NCBI GenBank assembly: GCA_965368975.1
Contig: CBDUPA010000018.1
Span: 1 to 64,000 of the forward strand
Reading direction: 5' to 3'
Length of the DNA stretch: 64,000 nt
DNA from: an uncultured bacterium
GTDB taxonomy: Bacteria > Acidobacteriota > Thermoanaerobaculia > Multivoradales > JAHZIX01
Shown here: positions 59,640 through 64,000 of the stretch, one piece after another
How the letters are laid out: every line of letters begins with the position of its first letter
How positions within the stretch are numbered: position 1 is the first letter of the stretch
Notes under the pieces: generated by a model
Seen by the model: the letters and a program-made list of their open reading frames with translations, nothing else
The model's database searches: none
What the model was told of the DNA's origin: nothing
Made by a program: the position numbers and the translations under genes

Positions 59640-62600
59640 CTACCTCGCCGTTGGCTGCAGGCGGCGACGCCGTCGCAGCGATCGCAACGCCGCAGTGGCG
59701 AGGAGCAGAACCAGCAGAATCAGCCCCCACTCGCCGAGCGTCGGGATCTCCAGCACGCTGCCGGTGATCTGCACGATCGTCGGGTCCTCATTGTCCCCCG
59801 GGTCGCCGTTGCCATCCGGGTCGGACGAACCGCCGTCCTGGCTCGTGTCGGTAACCGGGGAGCCCGCCGGGCTGGTGCCGGTACCGATGCTGGAGCACTC
59901 GTAGGTATCCGTGACACCACCGGTGTTGACGCGCACCTCCAGCTCGACCGTACCGCTCTCTCCCACACCCAGGTTGTTGCCAGCAAACAGCAGGTCGATC
60001 ACGGTGTCACCGTCGAAACCGGTGTTCACCACGAAGTCGCTACTGGTCAGGCTGAGCAGCTGGAAGAAAGCGGCGCGCTGGAAGGCGGTAGCCAGGTCAG
60101 CGTTGGCGTTGACGTTGCTCAACGGCACGTTGCCCAGGTTCTCCAGGCGCACCGCGAAGGTGACGACCGCGGCACCACCGCCCTCGTCGACGAAGGTGAT
60201 GACCTCCTTGGCCACACCCAGCTTCGGATCTTCGACGCCGACGGCCACCACGTAGTCTTCGACTTCACCGTCCGCGGCCTGGCCGGTCGGTGTCAAGCCG
60301 CCAGCGGAGCTGATGCGAATGCGCGCACAGCTGCTACCGTCTGGACTGCCGACGGGGACCGGGAAGGTGACGGCCGAGGTCGAGTTGGCAGCCATCGCCA
60401 GGTCCGCCACGACCTGCTCACCAGGATCGTTCCAGGAGCCGTTGAGGTTGAAGTCGACCCAGGCACTGACGACACCACCGGTGGCGCCGGTGCGCAGTTC
60501 GATGTCCGCGTCGGCCCCTGGGATCAGCGCGCCGAAGAAGCTGACGCCGTCCTCGTCGTCGCTGCCGTCCTGGTCGTCGCCCAGGTGGTTGGCGCTCTGC
60601 AGACCCTCCAGCTCGCTGTCGACCAGACTACCCAGGGTCGGGTTGCCGGTCGGTAGCACGAAGTGGCGGGCACCATCCTGCGCCAGGGTGGTCGGGTACG
60701 CTGGGTCCGGTGCATCGCCGAAGTCGCGGCCGAGCTGGACGTTGACTACATAGTCTTCGACTTCACCATCTGCCGCCGGTCCACCACTGCCGGCGACGCC
60801 GGTGGTACTGAGGCGGAAGCGGGCGTAAGTGTCGCCACCCACGGTGTCGCAGGGAACGGTGAAGCTCACCGTCTGGCTACCGGCACTGACCGCGAAGCCG
60901 GTCAGGATGCGATCCGTCGCAGCACTGAAGTCACCATCGGCGCCAAAGTCGATCCAGGCGTCGAGCAGACCCGTGGCCGAGGCGACGACGGTCAGGTCGG
61001 CGCTCTCGCAGGCGATGATGTCTGTGGCAAAGGTAACGCCGTCCTCGTCGTCGTTGCCGCTGCAGGTACCGAGACTCGCGTCGGCCGCGCCCAGGTCGTC
61101 GCCGTCGGCATCGACGCTGTTCTGGCCATCGCCTTCGGCGTCCACACAGGCACCCAAGAAGAGGCCGCTGGCGGGATCGAGGGCATGAACGGCACCGCCG
61201 CTGGCAGTGGTCGTGGCGTAGCTATCCGGCAGGTCACCGTAGTCGAAGGCTTCGAGGGTAGCCGGGTGGTCCTCCACTTCGCCGTCCATCGACGGACCGG
61301 TGAAGCTCAAGCCACCGGTCGAGCTGAGACGCCAGCGCGAGGCCGTGGTGCGTGGCTCGAGACCGCACGGCACGCTGAAGCTCAGCGTCTGCGTACCAGC
61401 GGCCACCGCCTGGAAGGTGAACACCTGCTCGTCCGCATCGGCGAAGTCGCCGTCGCCGTTGAAGTCGATCCAGGCGTCGAGCACACCGGGGAGCGAAGCC
61501 GTGACTTCCACGTCGGCGCTCTGGCAGACCAGGATCCCACCAGGGAAACTGACGCCGTCTTCGTCGTCACCGCCACTGCAGCTGCCGGTAACCGTGGTGC
61601 CGGACGTCAAGTCGTCGCCGTCGAGACCGGCACTCGGTGCACCGTCGACCTCGGTATCGACGCAGCTGCCGAGGTAGAAGCCGGCCGCTGGGTCGATGCC
61701 GTGGGTCGGACCGTTGGCCGAGGCCAGGGTGCCGTAGGACGCCGGGGCGTCGCCGAAGTCGACGGCCTTGAGCTGCAGCGGATGATCTTCCACTTCACCG
61801 TCCATGGTGAAGCCACCGATACCGAGTCCGCCGGTGGAGCTGAAGCGCCAGCGACTGTAGGACGCACCCGGCACCGCGTTGCACGGCACCGCGACGCTCA
61901 GGTTGTTGGCGCCGGCACCGAGCACGCGGTTCAGGAACACCTGCTCACCCAGGTCGCCGAAGTCGCCGTCTCGGTTGAAGTCGATCCAGGCATCGAGGCG
62001 GCCGCCGCTGCCGGCGGTGACCTGGACGCTGGCCACCTGGCAGGCGATCACCATCGAGGTGAAGACAACGCCGTCTTCGTCGTCGCCGCCCGTGCAAGTA
62101 CCGGCGGTACCGCTACCCGCGTTGGCGTCGTCGCCGCTGGCGTCGAACGGTGCCTGGGCATCGGTCTCGGTGTCGGCACAGGTGCCCAGGTAGAGGTTGG
62201 ACGTCGGATCGACGCCGTGACGCGGCCCGCCGCTCGCCTCGGTAGTGGTGTAGCTGTCGGGTGCGTCGCCGTAATCGTTGCCCTTGATCACCAGCGCGTA
62301 GTCCTCGACTTCACCGTCGGCAGCGGCACCGCCGAAGCTGGTGCCGACGCCAGCTGTGCTGACGCGGAAACGCGCGTAGGTAATGCCAACGGTGGCGTCG
62401 GCCGGTACCACCAGGTTGAGCACGTTAGCACCCGGTAGCAGTGCCTGGTCGTTGGCGATCTGCTCACCGATGCCGGTGAACTGGCCGTCGCCGTTCCAGT
62501 CGATCCAGGCGCTGAGCAGGCTGGGCAGCGACGCGGTGACGGTGAGCTGGGCCGCTTCGCGCACCACGAACATGGTGTCGAAGCGCACGCCGTCTTCGTC

Positions 62601-63998
62601 GTCGGCGCACGAGGCGGTACTACCGGCGGTGAAGGTGAGGTCATCGCCGAGACCGTTCAGGGACGCGGCCGGTGCGTCGGCTTCACCGTCGACGCAGGCA
62701 CCGAGGATCGGCGTGACACCGGGATCGAAAGGATGCGACGGACCACCAGAGGCGGCGAGCGTCGTGTAGCTGTCCGGCGCGTCGCCGTAGTCGATGCCAA
62801 CCACCCGCACCAGGTGGTCTTCGACCTCGCCGTCGGGTGCTGGCCCGGTGGGAGGTAGCCCCGCGGCGGTCGAGCAGCGGAAGCGGGCGTAGGTCCAGCC
62901 GGACGGGGCACCGACCGGCACCGCGGGCGACAGCACGGTGCTGCCGCCGGAAGCAATCACGACATCGGCCGCGATCTGTTCGCTCCCCTCGAAGACACCG
63001 CTCTGGTTCCAGTCGACCCAGGCGTTGAGCGTGCAGGGGACGGCGCCCGCGGTACTGTTGGCGCGCACGGTGAAGTTGGCCACGCTTCCAGCGCTGAAGG
63101 GACTGGTGAAGGTGACGCCGTCTTCGTCGTCACCACCCGGCACGCAACTGGGGCTACCGACCGTGGCCCCGATAGGAGCGCCGAGGTCGTCGGCGTCGGC
63201 AAAGATGTTCTGCGCCGATCCAGTGTCGGCGTCGACACAATCACCGAGCAGCGGATTGGACGCGATCAGCTCATGGTACGGGCCACCGTCGAGGGCAGTG
63301 GTGGCGTAGTTCCCCGGCCCGGTCCCAGTACCAGCATCCGGAGCATCGCCGTAGTCGAAGGTCGCGGCGGAGCCGTTGCGGAAGCCGAAGTCGACGCTCA
63401 AGTTGGTGTCGTTGTCGCCGTCGCCATCGTTGGTCGGTTCGCCGCCGTTGCTCAGGGTCACCGGCACGTTGTAGAGCACGGCACCGGTCAGGTCGGCGTT
63501 GTCGTCGTTGTCGACATCGTCGTCGGGATCGGGCGCCGGGCTGTTACCGGTGGCCGTCGACTTGCCTTCGAGCGGTCCACCAGACAGGAAGTTGAGGGCC
63601 GCGACCTCGACTACATAGTCGCCCGCCGGCAGATTGGCGAAGGCGTAGCGTCCGTCGTTGCCGGCCTGGGTGAAGGTCAGCGTCGAACCGAAATACTCGC
63701 CGGGCTGCGGCAGACCGTCGCTATTGTCGTCGCGGTAGAGGTTGAGCCGCACGCCGTTGACGCCACTCTCCCCCGCCCCGGGGTCGAAGACGCCGTTGTC
63801 GTCGCTGGCGTCGGCCACCAGGTCGCCATTGTCGTCGCACCACACGAGGTTGCCGAGCGCCAGGGAGCCACTGGGGCGGATCAGACCGGCGTCCAGGGTC
63901 AGGTTGGCGTCACCGGCCACCAGCACCACGACAGCACTGGAGCCCCCATTGATACCGCCGCCCGTGTCGGCGTCCGAGTCGACGCTATCGTCACCACC
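59640..63998 (-). CDS. Large surface protein, 5'-truncated: SdrD B-like domain, six GEVED repeats, IPTL-CTERM sorting signal
   Basis: Frame open to the window edge. LGN.VW.D.N.D, six DGEVED[H/Y] motifs with D[Y/F]GD.P and AW[I/V]D[F/W]; C-terminal IPTLGEWGLILLVLLL...RRRRR. Confidence 0.9.
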   Translation of the reverse strand, partial: GGDDSVDSDADTGGGINGGSSAVVVLVAGDANLTLDAGLIRPSGSLALGNLVWCDDNGDLVADASDDNGVFDPGAGESGVNGVRLNLYRDDNSDGLPQPGEYFGSTLTFTQAGNDGRYAFANLPAGDYVVEVAALNFLSGGPLEGKSTATGNSPAPDPDDDVDNDDNADLTGAVLYNVPVTLSNGGEPTNDGDGDNDTNLSVDFGFRNGSAATFDYGDAPDAGTGTGPGNYATTALDGGPYHELIASNPLLGDCVDADTGSAQNIFADADDLGAPIGATVGSPSCVPGGDDEDGVTFTSPFSAGSVANFTVRANSTAGAVPCTLNAWVDWNQSGVFEGSEQIAADVVIASGGSTVLSPAVPVGAPSGWTYARFRCSTAAGLPPTGPAPDGEVEDHLVRVVGIDYGDAPDSYTTLAASGGPSHPFDPGVTPILGACVDGEADAPAASLNGLGDDLTFTAGSTASCADDEDGVRFDTMFVVREAAQLTVTASLPSLLSAWIDWNGDGQFTGIGEQIANDQALLPGANVLNLVVPADATVGITYARFRVSTAGVGTSFGGAAADGEVEDYALVIKGNDYGDAPDSYTTTEASGGPRHGVDPTSNLYLGTCADTETDAQAPFDASGDDANAGSGTAGTCTGGDDEDGVVFTSMVIACQVASVQVTAGSGGRLDAWIDFNRDGDFGDLGEQVFLNRVLGAGANNLSVAVPCNAVPGASYSRWRFSSTGGLGIGGFTMDGEVEDHPLQLKAVDFGDAPASYGTLASANGPTHGIDPAAGFYLGSCVDTEVDGAPSAGLDGDDLTSGTTVTGSCSGGDDEDGVSFPGGILVCQSADVEVTASLPGVLDAWIDFNGDGDFADADEQVFTFQAVAAGTQTLSFSVPCGLEPRTTASRWRLSSTGGLSFTGPSMDGEVEDHPATLEAFDYGDLPDSYATTTASGGAVHALDPASGLFLGACVDAEGDGQNSVDADGDDLGAADASLGTCSGNDDEDGVTFATDIIACESADLTVVASATGLLDAWIDFGADGDFSAATDRILTGFAVSAGSQTVSFTVPCDTVGGDTYARFRLSTTGVAGSGGPAADGEVEDYVVNVQLGRDFGDAPDPAYPTTLAQDGARHFVLPTGNPTLGSLVDSELEGLQSANHLGDDQDGSDDEDGVSFFGALIPGADADIELRTGATGGVVSAWVDFNLNGSWNDPGEQVVADLAMAANSTSAVTFPVPVGSPDGSSCARIRISSAGGLTPTGQAADGEVEDYVVAVGVEDPKLGVAKEVITFVDEGGGAAVVTFAVRLENLGNVPLSNVNANADLATAFQRAAFFQLLSLTSSDFVVNTGFDGDTVIDLLFAGNNLGVGESGTVELEVRVNTGGVTDTYECSSIGTGTSPAGSPVTDTSQDGGSSDPDGNGDPGDNEDPTIVQITGSVLEIPTLGEWGLILLVLLLATAALRSLRRRRRLQPTAR

Positions 63999-64000
63999 GG

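Noticed and set aside
60663-62438. 591-aa plus-strand ORF and similar long antisense ORFs (e.g. 19472, 12081, 22916, 50528)
   Set aside because: Antisense shadows of well-supported genes, expected in high-GC DNA, with no recognisable motifs.

Overview
High-GC bacterial DNA, probably Acidobacteriota (Thermoanaerobaculia-like). This is inferred from four acidobacterial VWFA-type proteins, an ADOP-type permease, a CHAT protein and an IPTL-CTERM protein. Housekeeping blocks (phoH-HD/7TM-ybeY-corC-era-mgtE, hbd, nnr, thiD, lgt, DegT, tRNA-Glu, AGCS and CPA transporters) are interleaved with several RiPP loci: (i) a class II lanthipeptide synthetase (LanM) at the left edge; (ii) a ~22 kb block (28067-49809) beside tRNA-Glu; (iii) an orphan double-glycine precursor not in the ORF track (53997-54140); and (iv) an ATP-grasp (graspetide) ligase flanked by two paralogous precursors. 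The ~22 kb block contains a histidine kinase and sigma-54 activator, four -24/-12 promoters arranged as two divergent pairs that share tandem GGGTAA-N4-TTACCC-like palindromes, ABC exporters, and a radical SAM/SPASM enzyme with its Cys-containing precursor. It also holds the most striking element: an operon of precursor peptide, RRE-like M50 protease, RRE-like arginase, two LpxL/LPLAT-type acyltransferases with RRE-like tails, a degenerate CPBP protein and a FAAL-acyl-CoA dehydrogenase-ACP fusion. I interpret this as a candidate new class of fatty-acylated (ornithine-lipidated) ribosomal lipopeptide. Family assignments come from motifs read by eye; no database searches were run.
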